NCBI GenBank assembly: GCA_022749895.1
Contig: JAKIWS010000003.1
Coordinates: 11,521 to 75,520, forward strand
Source of the DNA: Thermoplasmata archaeon
GTDB lineage: Archaea > Thermoplasmatota > Thermoplasmata > Lutacidiplasmatales > UBA184
Direction: 5' to 3'
DNA: 64,000 bases
The translations under genes were made by a program, and so were the position numbers. Below the pieces are notes generated by a model that saw nothing but the letters and a program-made list of their open reading frames with translations, had not been told where the DNA came from and ran no database searches. This document shows, one piece after another, positions 44,384 to 53,426 of this stretch (position 1 is the first letter of the stretch; each line of letters begins with the position of its first letter).

Positions 44384-45105
44384 CCCCGCGGCGAACGGTG
44401 GCCCCGCCGCGCGGGTCGATTCGGGCGATCGTCACCGATGTCGACGGCACCCTGACCGATGCGCATCGCGTCCTCGATCGCGAGGCGGCGCTCCTGCTTC
44501 AACGTGCGGAACGCCACCGCATCTCCGTCACGTTGGCGACGGGCAATGTCCTACCGATCGCGCTCGCGCTGCACCGTTCGTTGGGTCTTACCGGTCCGAT
44601 CGTCGCCGAGAACGGCGGGATCCTCTACGACGTCGTGAACGGCCGGCCGCGCATCGAACGATGCGCCGACCGCGCCATCGCCTACCGCGCGTTCCGCGCG
44701 GTGCGCCGGGCGGGCGTGCCGGTCCACCGACTGTTTACCGACCGATGGCGCGAGACCGAGGTGGCGATCGAAGCGAGCGTACCGGCGCGGGAAGTGCGCC
44801 GGCACGTCGATCGCTCCGAAGTCCGGGTCGAATCGACCGGCTATGCGATCCATCTCATCGAGCGCGGCTGCGGAAAACTCTCGACGCTGCGCCGAGCGCT
44901 CGCGCGACGGGGCCTCGCTCCGGCCGATTGCCTCATCGCGGGCGACGGGGACAACGACGTGGGCATGCTGCGCGCCGCGGGGTGGGCGCTGAGCTTCGCG
45001 GGAGCGAGCGAGCGCGCGCGACGAGCCGCGGACTTCGTCACGAACGCACCGAACGCGCGGGGTTTCGTCGAAGGACTTATTCGGAGCAACGTCGTCGCCC
45101 GTTGA
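44380..45105 (+). CDS. HAD-IIB phosphatase, archaeal phosphoglycolate phosphatase-like
   Basis: C-terminal 241 aa of track ORF 43378..45105. The GTG overlaps the gatE stop (GTGA). Motifs VTDVDGTLTD, ATGNV, AENGG, TDRWRE, GDGDNDVGML. Confidence 0.75.
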   Translation: MTPRRTVAPPRGSIRAIVTDVDGTLTDAHRVLDREAALLLQRAERHRISVTLATGNVLPIALALHRSLGLTGPIVAENGGILYDVVNGRPRIERCADRAIAYRAFRAVRRAGVPVHRLFTDRWRETEVAIEASVPAREVRRHVDRSEVRVESTGYAIHLIERGCGKLSTLRRALARRGLAPADCLIAGDGDNDVGMLRAAGWALSFAGASERARRAADFVTNAPNARGFVEGLIRSNVVAR

Positions 45106-45131
45106 GGCGAAGCGTGGGAAGCGGGGTCCCG

Positions 45132-45323
45132 ATGCTGGTCGGTTCGTGCTACCGCTGCGGCGCGCCGGCGACGCTGCGCTGCGCGATGTGCGGCCGTACG
45201 CTCTGCCGCAACTGCCTGGACTCCGACGAGCGGTATTGCCCGGATTGCCAGGCCCTGCAGAAACAGCAGAAGGGCGCTACGGGTGGCCGGATGCCCCCGT
45301 CGCGGCGGATGGAGATTCGGTAG
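45132..45323 (+). CDS. small zinc-ribbon protein (four CxxC pairs)
   Basis: 63 aa: MLVGSCYRCGAPATLRCAMCGRTLCRNCLDSDERYCPDCQ.... In frame with track ORF 44661..45323. Confidence 0.5.
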   Translation: MLVGSCYRCGAPATLRCAMCGRTLCRNCLDSDERYCPDCQALQKQQKGATGGRMPPSRRMEIR

Positions 45324-45660
45324 CCGCCCCGTCCCCGGGCCACGGGTACGACGGGCCGGGGAGAACGAAGGGTCCAGGCGCGCCCGCGCGGCCCCAGAGA
45401 ACGAGGACCACCCCAACGAGGCCCGTGAACAGCCCGAAGGCGAGCGTCGCCTGGGCGTACGGGCCCAGCGGGGAACCGATCCGGGATTGGCCGATCAGGA
45501 TTGTCCCCGAACCGGCCGCGGCATGCAGCAGGAGGTTCAGCAGTACGGCGACGCCCCAACCAATGCCGATGAGGAGACCTCCGCCGACGAGGTACCCCAA
45601 CCGCTCGTCGCCGCCTTCATCGACGTGGGGAACGGCGGGACTCTCCTGGAGATCGGTCAA
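45277..45660 (-). CDS. hypothetical small membrane protein (2 TM)
   Basis: Start set to the TTG at 45660, 27 nt below the box CCTAAATCGAAC (45680-45691). Two hydrophobic helices (LGYLVGGGLLIGIGWGVAVLLNLLL and TLAFGLFTGLVGVVLVLW). GC-rich third positions. Confidence 0.4.
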   Translation of the reverse strand: MTDLQESPAVPHVDEGGDERLGYLVGGGLLIGIGWGVAVLLNLLLHAAAGSGTILIGQSRIGSPLGPYAQATLAFGLFTGLVGVVLVLWGRAGAPGPFVLPGPSYPWPGDGAATESPSAATGASGHP

Positions 45661-45950
45661 CGTTCGGTCCGGAGACAAAGTTCGATTTAGGCGTTCTGTG
45701 CCCGATGGGAGCCTCGCGGAAGGCGGCGTCAGGGGGCGCTCGTCTTGCCCGAATGGGCCCTGCCCCCGGGCTGGCGACCGTCGTCGGAGGTCGTCCGGCC
45801 AACCCATGAGCCCTCCGGGGGGCTTTCGGCTCGGCGTCCCGAGGTTTGCCCGGCGAGGCCGGTGTATATATGCGGACGCCATCCGGCCTTCTGTCCCGGC
45901 CGCATCGTGCTCTCGGAGCACGGTCGCCGGTCGGAGCCGGGTGGAAGGGA

Positions 45951-46751
45951 ATGGACTGTACGGGGGACGGGGCGGGGAGCGCGCAGGACGATCGTCGCCG
46001 GAAGGTACACGGGGAAACGCGTCAGGGCCAGCGCGTGGCGTTCGGGACGATCGCCTCGCTCGGAGCCGTCGCGCTCGTTCTTCTCGTCGCGCCTGCGGCT
46101 CTCGGATCTCCCGCCGTGCATCGCGCCAGCATCATCGCCCCCTACCATGGCTACCCCTACGTGGCCACCACCGTCAACATGAACGGATGCGGGGCGACCG
46201 CATCCAACTGGAAACCTCCGGCCTTTTCACTGGCGACGGGCGTCGCGGTTCTCGGGGAGAAATCTCATGCCATCGCGTGCGGCTCGCCCGCCTCGGCTAG
46301 CGTAGGGACCGCGATCGGCATCGCGGGACTGTTCGGCAAAGGATTCACGACCACGAGCGGCGTTCATCATCTCGTCGCGCATTGGAAAGTCGTCTGGGGA
46401 GGCAAGCTCGTGGCGGTCCCGGGCAAGGGCGCCGTCCTCGCCGAAACCTACCTCGCGGCGTTTGCCGCTCTCTACGACGGGACGACCGGGGTGTACCACT
46501 ATTCGACCCACAACTGGACCGCGATAAACGCAACGACGAACGGAACGGTGTCGTTCAACTCGACCAAGGCGGTCTCGATCTACGTGAACGCGACCCTCGT
46601 CGCCGGCCATACCTATTACGTGATCACGTACGTCGAGGGAGCCACCTCCGCGCTCGCGACCGGTACTGCGACCGGCGGCAGCGCGGACGCCTACCTGAAC
46701 AAGGCGACGTTCGGGAACGCAGGGACGCTCACATCGTTCACCATCTCCTGA
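45951..46751 (+). CDS. hypothetical secreted protein
   Basis: The ATG at 45951 gives a basic N-terminus followed by the signal-like FGTIASLGAVALVLLVAPAALG. The mature part is beta-rich with sequons (NWT, NAT, NGT, NST, NAT). TATA box GTATATATG at 45863-45871. Confidence 0.55.
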   Translation: MDCTGDGAGSAQDDRRRKVHGETRQGQRVAFGTIASLGAVALVLLVAPAALGSPAVHRASIIAPYHGYPYVATTVNMNGCGATASNWKPPAFSLATGVAVLGEKSHAIACGSPASASVGTAIGIAGLFGKGFTTTSGVHHLVAHWKVVWGGKLVAVPGKGAVLAETYLAAFAALYDGTTGVYHYSTHNWTAINATTNGTVSFNSTKAVSIYVNATLVAGHTYYVITYVEGATSALATGTATGGSADAYLNKATFGNAGTLTSFTIS

Positions 46752-47004
46752 GCGGTCGGCCCCCGACAACCCCCGAAACCGGGGGCGGGCGAACGGCGAG
46801 GGTCGAGTAGCGGGTGGGCGGGCCGGGGGTAGGGTCCGGCTCGGCGCGCCCTCGGGCCCGCCCGATCCGCTCTCGAGCTAACTCGTTCCGAAGCGAGGCC
46901 CGGGGAGGGGTCGCACCCCTCGATCGACCCCGGCCCGGCGAGCGAGCGGCCCGCGAGGGTTCAACCTCGGTTCGGGCGCTCGGCACGCCCGAGGTATACG
47001 CGTT

Positions 47005-47014
47005 CTTTATATAG
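47005..47014 (+). promoter_or_regulatory. TATA box of the hsp20 gene (CTTTATATAG)
   Basis: The strongest A/T element in the 280-nt GC-rich spacer. The ATG at 47034 is about 25 nt downstream. GGAGGT at 47043-47048 precedes an alternative ATG at 47055. Confidence 0.6.
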
Positions 47015-47033
47015 AATCTCTAACATACTGTTG

Positions 47034-47546
47034 ATGAAAATCGGAGGTCCCATCATGACGGAGAACACCCCCAACGCCGCCATCGCCACCGCCGAACGCG
47101 CCGACGACGCGAGTGATTTGGACCGCTTGTTCGCGAGCGTCCGCGGCCGATTCCTGAACGCGTTCGGGCTCCGCCCGTGGACGTTCGTGGAGTACGACGA
47201 CGGGACGCCGTTCCTACGAGCCGCCCGTGCGGACATCGTCGATACCGGGAAATCCTACCAGGTCGTCGCCGAGATCCCCGGCATCCCGAAGGACCGCCTC
47301 GACATCCGCGTCAAGGGCACCAGCGTGCAGATCCGGGCGGAGCAGGCCGAAGCGAAGGAGTCGAAGGAAACGGAGTTCCTCCACCGCGAGAGGACGTTCC
47401 AGGGCTTCTACCGCGACTTCGAACTCCCCGAACCGGTGATCGCGAGCGCGGCCACCGCGAAGTTCGAGAACGGGCTCCTCGAGCTCGACCTTCCGAAGGA
47501 ACACCCCACTTCGGACCCGGTCGAGGTCAAGGTCCCGGTCGCCTAA
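47034..47546 (+). CDS. hsp20: small heat-shock protein (Hsp20/alpha-crystallin)
   Basis: Alpha-crystallin domain DIVDTGKSYQVVAEIPGIPKDRLDIRVKG...ERTFQGFYRDFELPEPV...AKFENGLLELDLPK. The start is 47034 or 47055. Confidence 0.9.
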   Translation: MKIGGPIMTENTPNAAIATAERADDASDLDRLFASVRGRFLNAFGLRPWTFVEYDDGTPFLRAARADIVDTGKSYQVVAEIPGIPKDRLDIRVKGTSVQIRAEQAEAKESKETEFLHRERTFQGFYRDFELPEPVIASAATAKFENGLLELDLPKEHPTSDPVEVKVPVA

Positions 47547-47619
47547 ACCAACCCATCCCCGCCCCCGGCTTCACCGGGGGCACCCCCCTTTTCTTGGGAC
47601 GAACGGCCCGCGTCGGGGC

Positions 47620-47922
47620 TCAGCCGAAGCCGGGGATCGATTTCCCGTCGTGGGCTTGGCTGCCCGTGCGGACCGGCGGCTTTCGGAGCTCTTTCGGGGA
47701 TTCGACGAGCCGGATCATCGGCGCCGACTGCACGACGTACGCCGGCAGTCCCGTGTTCGGGTCGTTCCCCGCCCGCAGGATGTTCATGATCTCGAGCTTG
47801 ACCTCGATGATCGAGCCGTCCTTGAGCTTGAGCCGTACCCGCCCGTCGCCTTCGATGACCGAGTAGTCGACGATCTCCGCGTTGGAGAGATCGGGCATCG
47901 GCCCGCCGGGTGCGCCCATCAT
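47620..47922 (-). CDS. hypothetical protein, translationally coupled to rpl11
   Basis: 100-aa ORF whose ATG overlaps the rpl11 stop (ATGA at 47919-47922). Protein-like beta-rich core VDYSVIEGDGRVRLKLKDGSIIEVKLEIMNILRAGNDPNTGLPAYVVQS. No family recognised. Confidence 0.55.
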   Translation of the reverse strand: MMGAPGGPMPDLSNAEIVDYSVIEGDGRVRLKLKDGSIIEVKLEIMNILRAGNDPNTGLPAYVVQSAPMIRLVESPKELRKPPVRTGSQAHDGKSIPGFG

Positions 47923-48395
47923 GGCGCCACCTTCTGCGCGAGGCGCTCTTTAAGGAGCGTCCGGGGGTCCTGGCCATCGACCGTGAGCCCCATCGAGACG
48001 CACGTCCCGATCACCTGATTGATCTTCGCGTCCGCGCTGTTCCCCTCGAGGTCCGCCCCTTTCGCCTCCGCGACCTGCTTGACCGCGTCCAAGGAGACGT
48101 CGCCGACCGTCTCGGTCTTCGATTTCCCCGCGCCCTTCGCGACGCCGGCTTCCTTGAGGAGGAGGGCCGCGACCGGCGGGCGACCGACCCGAAGGGTGAA
48201 ACTCCGCGTCGCCGGGTCGACGCGCACGATGACCGGGACGCGCATCCCTGCGAACCCCTTCGTCTGCTCGTTGATCTGCTGGACGACCTGGCCGACGTTC
48301 ACGCCGAGGGGACCGAGCGCAGCGCCGAGCGTCGCGCCCGCCGTCGCCTTGCCGCCCTCGACGAGGACGCTCACCTCATCCGCCAGGTTTCCCAC
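47919..48395 (-). CDS. rpl11: 50S ribosomal protein L11
   Basis: 158 aa with VLVEGGKATAGATLGAALGPLGVNVGQVVQQINEQTKGF. GTG start at 48395 (alternative GTG at 48374). Confidence 0.95.
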   Translation of the reverse strand: MGNLADEVSVLVEGGKATAGATLGAALGPLGVNVGQVVQQINEQTKGFAGMRVPVIVRVDPATRSFTLRVGRPPVAALLLKEAGVAKGAGKSKTETVGDVSLDAVKQVAEAKGADLEGNSADAKINQVIGTCVSMGLTVDGQDPRTLLKERLAQKVAP

Positions 48396-49368
48396 CTCCG
48401 CGCTCCAGCATCCGCACGTGGTCGCCCCGGACCGTGACCGGGATCGGGACGACGGCCTCGATGAGCTCCACGGTGATCTCCTCCTTCGCCTGGTCGATCT
48501 TCTTCACGCGAGCTTTCTCGCCCTTGAACGGGCCGCTGATGAGCTCGACGATCGCGCCCTCGACGAACCCTTCGACCGTGATCTTCGGGACCAGGAGCGG
48601 CTCGACCTCCTTGAGCGTGGTTTCGCCCGCGACGAGGCCCCGGGCCTTCCGGATCCCCTTGAGCATCTCGCGGACCCCTTCGAAGCTCATCCCTTCCGCA
48701 AAGACGTACCCGCGCAGCGCCGCCGGGACGAGGAGCGCGAAGACGACGTCCGGTTTCTCCTCCGCGCGGGCGAGCAGCGTGTCGGCGACCTCGCGCTCGT
48801 AGCCGCGGGAGGTCTTGATCGCGAGAACGGCCTGGCGGGCGACGCAGGCGAGCGTCAGCTTGGCGGGCTTGCCGCCGGCTTCCCAGTCGGCGGCGAGACG
48901 CACCTCGAGCCGGTCGCCGTACCGTACGCCGACCGGCGCGGTGACCTCGAACGTGAGCGGGACGGGAACGCTCGGTTGGAGCGCGATCGTCGTCTTCTCC
49001 TTGCGGGCGACCAGCTCGCTAAAGGAACGCTTGCCGGGGGGCATCCAGGAGACGGGCCACTCAGCCCCTTCGCCGGGGTAGGTCGAGGTGTAGTGGATCT
49101 CCACGTGGACCGTCGCGCTCCCCGGTTGCGAGTGGGTGCTCGTGAGGACCGCGCTCCACGTCGTCACGGTGCCCGCCGTCACGTTCCGGACCGGGTCGTC
49201 GGCCGAGACCAGCGTGAGGGGCGAGGGGATCTCCGGGCGCGGGACGACCGGAGCGGCGGCGGGCGTCTCCGGCGCCGCGACCCCGGCCGGCGCGGGAGCC
49301 GTCCGCGGGTGGGCGGCCTCCTCGCCGGTTAAGAGTCCAATGCCTTCGTCGTCGGGGTTCCCCTGCAC
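48376..49368 (-). CDS. spt5: transcription elongation factor Spt5 (NusG) with a 178-aa N-terminal extension
   Basis: The C-terminal 152 aa form a normal archaeal NGN+KOW Spt5 (AVLAIKTSRGYEREVA...GAIVELISGPFKGEKARVKKID...). The upstream 178 codons are in the same frame with no stop and GC-rich third positions. The GTG at 49368 is 33 nt below the secE stop. Confidence 0.8.
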   Translation of the reverse strand: MQGNPDDEGIGLLTGEEAAHPRTAPAPAGVAAPETPAAAPVVPRPEIPSPLTLVSADDPVRNVTAGTVTTWSAVLTSTHSQPGSATVHVEIHYTSTYPGEGAEWPVSWMPPGKRSFSELVARKEKTTIALQPSVPVPLTFEVTAPVGVRYGDRLEVRLAADWEAGGKPAKLTLACVARQAVLAIKTSRGYEREVADTLLARAEEKPDVVFALLVPAALRGYVFAEGMSFEGVREMLKGIRKARGLVAGETTLKEVEPLLVPKITVEGFVEGAIVELISGPFKGEKARVKKIDQAKEEITVELIEAVVPIPVTVRGDHVRMLERGGGKPGG

Positions 49369-49400
49369 GATGCCTTGCTCCGCGTCCGCGCTGGGGGCGG

Positions 49401-49646
49401 CTACAGGCCGCTAAAAACGTTGTTCCAGAGCCACGGGCCGGCCTGCGTGAAGAAAATGTAGATGATGAACCCGACGGTCCCGATCAGGACCGCGCCGAGC
49501 CACGTGACTTCGAGCACCTTCACGTACTCGTCGACGGCGGGCTTCCGCGCCATCCTGAGGATGCGGCCGAACTTGCCGTGGCCGACGCCCCGGAGACGGC
49601 CGTCGAACTGGTCTTGCACGTGCCGCGCGCGGTCCAGGAAGGCCAT
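49401..49646 (-). CDS. secE: protein translocase subunit SecE/Sec61-gamma
   Basis: 81 aa. KPAVDEYVKVLEVTWLGAVLIGTVGFIIYIFF is a single C-terminal TM helix. Conserved position upstream of spt5. Confidence 0.8.
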   Translation of the reverse strand: MAFLDRARHVQDQFDGRLRGVGHGKFGRILRMARKPAVDEYVKVLEVTWLGAVLIGTVGFIIYIFFTQAGPWLWNNVFSGL

Positions 49647-49655
49647 CGAGGTACC

Positions 49656-50777
49656 CTAGCGGACGACGTCGAGCTCCGGTCCCGCTTTGCGGGGCGGATT
49701 CGGGCCGGCCGCTCCGGCGAAAATCTGCGGGGATTTAACTCCGGTGACCACCAGCATCACCCGGATCGTGCTCTGCATCGTCGGGTCGACGGCCGCGCCC
49801 CAGATGATCCGGGCCGTGGGGCTCACCGCCTTCTGCACGACCTCCGCCGCCTTCTGCGCCTCGCTCACGGTCATGTCCGGCCCGCCGGTCACGTTGATGA
49901 GCGCCCCGGTCGCGCCGGAGATATCGACCTTGAGGAGCGGAGAATTGATCGCTTCGAGCACGGCGTCTTCAGCGCGGTTCTCGCTCTCGCTCTCCCCGAT
50001 GCCGATGAGCGCGACGCCGCCGCCCTTCATGATCGTGCGGAGGTCGTTGAAATCGAGGTTGACCAAGCCGGGCCGGGTGATGATCTCCGTGATCCCCCGG
50101 ATCGCGCGGGCGAGGACGCTGTCCGCGACCTTGAACGCGGTCTGGATCGGGAGGCGCGGGACGAGTTCCAGGAGCCGGTCGTTGGGGATCGTGATCACCG
50201 TGTCGATCGTCTGGCGGAGGCGTTCCAGGCCCCACATCGCGTTCTCGGTGCGGACGAGCCCTTCACTCGAGAACGGCAGCGTGCAGACGGCGATCGTGAG
50301 CGCGTTGCCGCCGTTGGAATCTTTCGCGGACTGCGCGACGACCGGCGCGGAACCGGTCCCGGTCCCGCCCCCCAAGCCGAGGGTGATGAACACCATGTCG
50401 GAGTTGATGAGCACTTTCTTGAGCTCGTCCTCGGCTTCGTGGGCCGCTTGCTCGCCGACCTGAGGGAGCGCGCCGGCGCCGAGCCCGCGCGTGAGCCGAC
50501 GACCGAGGAGGATCTTCTTCGGAGCGTGGATCGCGAGGAGGTGCTGGGCATCGGTGTTGCACGCGATCATCTCGGCCCCGGCGAGTCCTTCCTCCGCGAG
50601 CCGGTTGATCGTGTTGCAGCCGCCGCCGCCGCAGCCGACGACCTTGATGTTCGTCTTGAGCGAGGCGAGGACCGCCTCGAGCTCGGCGTCGTCGTTCGAG
50701 GGCGGAGGCGGTGCGTCCACGGGGCGCTTTCCTTCGGAAGGTAGGTGGGCGAGAATCTCCTGCGCGAGCGGTCGCAT
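49656..50777 (-). CDS. ftsZ: cell division protein FtsZ
   Basis: Start set to the ATG at 50777 within track ORF 49656..51467. Motifs [13 protein letters not shown] and the tubulin signature [15 protein letters not shown]. Confidence 0.95.
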   Translation of the reverse strand: MRPLAQEILAHLPSEGKRPVDAPPPPSNDDAELEAVLASLKTNIKVVGCGGGGCNTINRLAEEGLAGAEMIACNTDAQHLLAIHAPKKILLGRRLTRGLGAGALPQVGEQAAHEAEDELKKVLINSDMVFITLGLGGGTGTGSAPVVAQSAKDSNGGNALTIAVCTLPFSSEGLVRTENAMWGLERLRQTIDTVITIPNDRLLELVPRLPIQTAFKVADSVLARAIRGITEIITRPGLVNLDFNDLRTIMKGGGVALIGIGESESENRAEDAVLEAINSPLLKVDISGATGALINVTGGPDMTVSEAQKAAEVVQKAVSPTARIIWGAAVDPTMQSTIRVMLVVTGVKSPQIFAGAAGPNPPRKAGPELDVVR

Positions 50778-50812
50778 CGTTGTCCGTCCTCGACAGTGGG
50801 AGCAGATTGGCG

Positions 50813-50821
50813 CATATATAC
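50813..50821 (-). promoter_or_regulatory. TATA box of ftsZ (CGTATATATGCG on the minus strand)
   Basis: Located about 40 nt upstream of the ftsZ ATG at 50777. Confidence 0.5.
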
Positions 50822-50973
50822 GGTTGGTTCGAGAATCTGACGAAGAAAGCTCGCCGGAGCCCGGCGACGGGTCCATGAGCGCGTGAGCCGATCCGTCGCC
50901 CCTCCCAGACTTCCCGGAACCGGGATACCCGCACCATTTTCCGTCCCGGGAGGTCGCCTCGCCCGAGCCGGCC

Positions 50974-51708
50974 GTGGAATACGCCGTTTGGGCCCCCCGG
51001 TACCTCGAGATCCAGAGCGCTTTCGGGTTCCCGCAGGGACGCGAGGAGCTGGCCGCGCGTCGGCTGGTGGACTTGCTGCCCCATGACGCCCGAGCGGACC
51101 CCCTCCGACGCATCGCGGAGCGATTGCAGGGGCGCACCGTGATCGTCGCCGGGCGCGCGCCCCGCCTCGACGCGCCCCCGCTCTGGAAACTGGCCGCCGA
51201 GGATCCCCGGCCCGCCGTCATCGCGGCCGACGGGGCGACCCTGCGCTGCCTCGAAGGCGGAGTGATTCCCGACGTCATCACGACCGACCTCGACGGCCCG
51301 GTCGCTTCCGAGGTCGCCGCCAACGCCCGGGGATCGCTCGTCGTCGTCCACGCCCACGGGGACAACCTTCCGGCCCTCGAACAGTGGGTTCCGGAGTTCG
51401 GTGGCGCCCTCGCCGGATCGTGGGCCGGGCCGCCGCGCGACGGCCTCCTGGACGTCGGCGGGTTCACCGACGGCGACCGCGCGGCCTACCTCGCCGAGCA
51501 CGTCGGGGCGCGTCGCATCCTCCTCTGGGCGTTCGACTTCGAGCAGGTCGACGAGGCCGAGTCGGCGCCCCGGAAGCTCGAGAAGCTCGCTTGGGCCCGG
51601 CGGCTCCTCCACGAGCTCGCCGAGCGGGGGCGGACCCCGATCCTCAACTGGGCGCCGGACGGCAGCCTGCACCGCTACGGGGGCAGCGAGCCGGCATCGA
51701 CCCAGTAG
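50974..51708 (+). CDS. mptE: 6-hydroxymethyl-7,8-dihydropterin pyrophosphokinase, archaeal MptE type (DUF115)
   Basis: 244 aa with [14 protein letters not shown], the VITTDLDG and VVVHAHGDN motif order characteristic of DUF115/MptE. Confidence 0.65.
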   Translation: MEYAVWAPRYLEIQSAFGFPQGREELAARRLVDLLPHDARADPLRRIAERLQGRTVIVAGRAPRLDAPPLWKLAAEDPRPAVIAADGATLRCLEGGVIPDVITTDLDGPVASEVAANARGSLVVVHAHGDNLPALEQWVPEFGGALAGSWAGPPRDGLLDVGGFTDGDRAAYLAEHVGARRILLWAFDFEQVDEAESAPRKLEKLAWARRLLHELAERGRTPILNWAPDGSLHRYGGSEPASTQ

Positions 51709-53426
51709 ACGACCTGTGCCCCGTTCTCGTAGAGCGGGATGAACGGCGGGGCGGCGAGCCAATGCTGCGCGGCGACGGAGAACGGGACGGCGATCGCCCC
51801 CGGGTTCAGGGCGACCCCCCCGTACATGGTCGCATCCACCGCGACCGCCCACACCGGCAGGAGCGAGTAGTACGGAGGGTCGGCGTGGGGGGCGAACGTG
51901 CCGCGCAACTCGCGGAACGCCAACGTGGCGTTGTCGCCGACGAAGAGCGCAGGGGTGGAATCCCACGTGGCGCGATTCCCGTCGAAACCGAAGATCATCG
52001 AACTCAGCCGGTGGTCGGACGCGACCACCGCGCTCGGCGGTAGAGCGATCCCGACCCACATCCAGAGCCCCGCATCGGCGGGGGTGAGACCTTCCTGGAA
52101 TCCCCCCAGGTCGGCCTGGGGCGGGTAGACGATCGCCGCGTTGGCCGCGACGACGACGAGCAGCGCCACGCCTCCCGCGACGATCGTCGCGCGGGAGCGA
52201 CCCGAGGCCGACCGAGCGACGAGCCGACCGAGGCTCACGGCGACGAGGAGCATCACGGGGATGAGCATGTATTCGGGATGCCGCTCCGGTAGCACGACGG
52301 GGTTCGCCGTCGCGAGGGCCAGGAGCGCAGAGAGGCCTAGGGCGAGCGTCCAGGCGAGTGCGAACGGGCCCAGGCGGGAGAACGCGACGAGCCGTCGGCT
52401 CCCCGAAGCCGCCCCGATGGTGACGAGCAGCGGCGCGAAGAACACGATCGAGGCGAGCGTCGTCGTCTGTCCGGATCCGGGGATCGGTCGGAGGAGGAGA
52501 AGCGCGATCCCTACGAAGGTCGCACCGAGGATGATGGCGGCATCGCGCAGCAAGCTCCGGTCCGACGGGGTCTTGAGCGTGGCGGGACGGCGCCTCGGGC
52601 GGCCCCGTCGCCACCGCACGACGACCCCGCTCCCCACGATGAGCACGCCGACGAGGGCGGCGAGCGCCACCGGGAGCAGCGCGCCGCTCGCGGATCCGGG
52701 GATCCCCTGTCGAACGACGGAGGCGAACGAGCGAGCGTACGCGAACCAGTAGGCGAGGAGGAGCGCGGAGAAGCCGCCGAGGAAGGCGAGCTCCCGGGCG
52801 GGGAATCGCCGGCTCCACGCGCCGGGCCGGAAGAGCTCCAGGAGAACTAGACCGCCGAGCGCGGAGAGGAGGAAGAAGTAGCTCGACAGATGGTGCGTCG
52901 GGATCAGTGCGAGCGTCGTGAGGGCGAGCGGGAGGTACCACCTCCGGTCCCGGCGTCCCTCGACGAACATCCAGAGGGCGGCGATCACGAGGAAATCCCC
53001 GAGGGCGAGCGGCGCCGGGTGCGCGATCGAGAATAGCCGGGGCATCGCGATCGTCGCGAGGGCGGCGCCGAGGACCGCGACGCCATCGTGGTCGACCAGT
53101 CGGCGGAACAGCAGGAACAACGGGAGGATGGAAAGGACCGCCACGACCGGGATCACGATCGTGATCGAGGCGAGGACGTCGGTACCGGTCGCGCCTGCCG
53201 CGGCTCCGGCCAGGAGGAAGATTCCGGGGAAGTCGGGGTAGGCGAAGCCCCACCCGAGGTACGAACTTCCACGGGGGATTCCCCCGGTCGTGAGCAGCGA
53301 CGACGTAAGTCGATAGTACTCTCCCGTGTCCGACCCGAACAGCGCGAACGAGAGGAGCGGCTCGAGCGCGAGGAACGCGACCAGCAGGGCCGCGGCGACG
53401 AGGAAGAGGAACGCCGCCCGGTTCAT
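51675..53426 (-). CDS. GT-C-fold membrane glycosyltransferase-like protein (ArnT/PMT-like)
   Basis: 583 aa with ~12 TM helices. An acidic first-loop motif (GSDTGEYY) and a C-terminal soluble domain. No WWDYG motif, so it is not a canonical AglB. Confidence 0.5.
   Translation of the reverse strand: MNRAAFLFLVAAALLVAFLALEPLLSFALFGSDTGEYYRLTSSLLTTGGIPRGSSYLGWGFAYPDFPGIFLLAGAAAGATGTDVLASITIVIPVVAVLSILPLFLLFRRLVDHDGVAVLGAALATIAMPRLFSIAHPAPLALGDFLVIAALWMFVEGRRDRRWYLPLALTTLALIPTHHLSSYFFLLSALGGLVLLELFRPGAWSRRFPARELAFLGGFSALLLAYWFAYARSFASVVRQGIPGSASGALLPVALAALVGVLIVGSGVVVRWRRGRPRRRPATLKTPSDRSLLRDAAIILGATFVGIALLLLRPIPGSGQTTTLASIVFFAPLLVTIGAASGSRRLVAFSRLGPFALAWTLALGLSALLALATANPVVLPERHPEYMLIPVMLLVAVSLGRLVARSASGRSRATIVAGGVALLVVVAANAAIVYPPQADLGGFQEGLTPADAGLWMWVGIALPPSAVVASDHRLSSMIFGFDGNRATWDSTPALFVGDNATLAFRELRGTFAPHADPPYYSLLPVWAVAVDATMYGGVALNPGAIAVPFSVAAQHWLAAPPFIPLYENGAQVVYWVDAGSLPP

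Noticed and set aside
46752-47000. A GC-rich structured spacer, considered as a candidate ncRNA (SRP RNA or similar) or terminator. It contains hairpins CCCCCG-AAAC-CGGGGG at 46770-46785, GGGCGGGCC...GGCCCGCCC, and GAGGGGT-CGC-ACCCCTC near 46904-46920.
   Set aside because: It has no conserved SRP, RNase P or C/D-box motifs. The hairpins are not followed by the oligo-T tracts typical of archaeal terminators. GC-rich spacers form such stems by chance. It is worth a Rfam scan but not callable.
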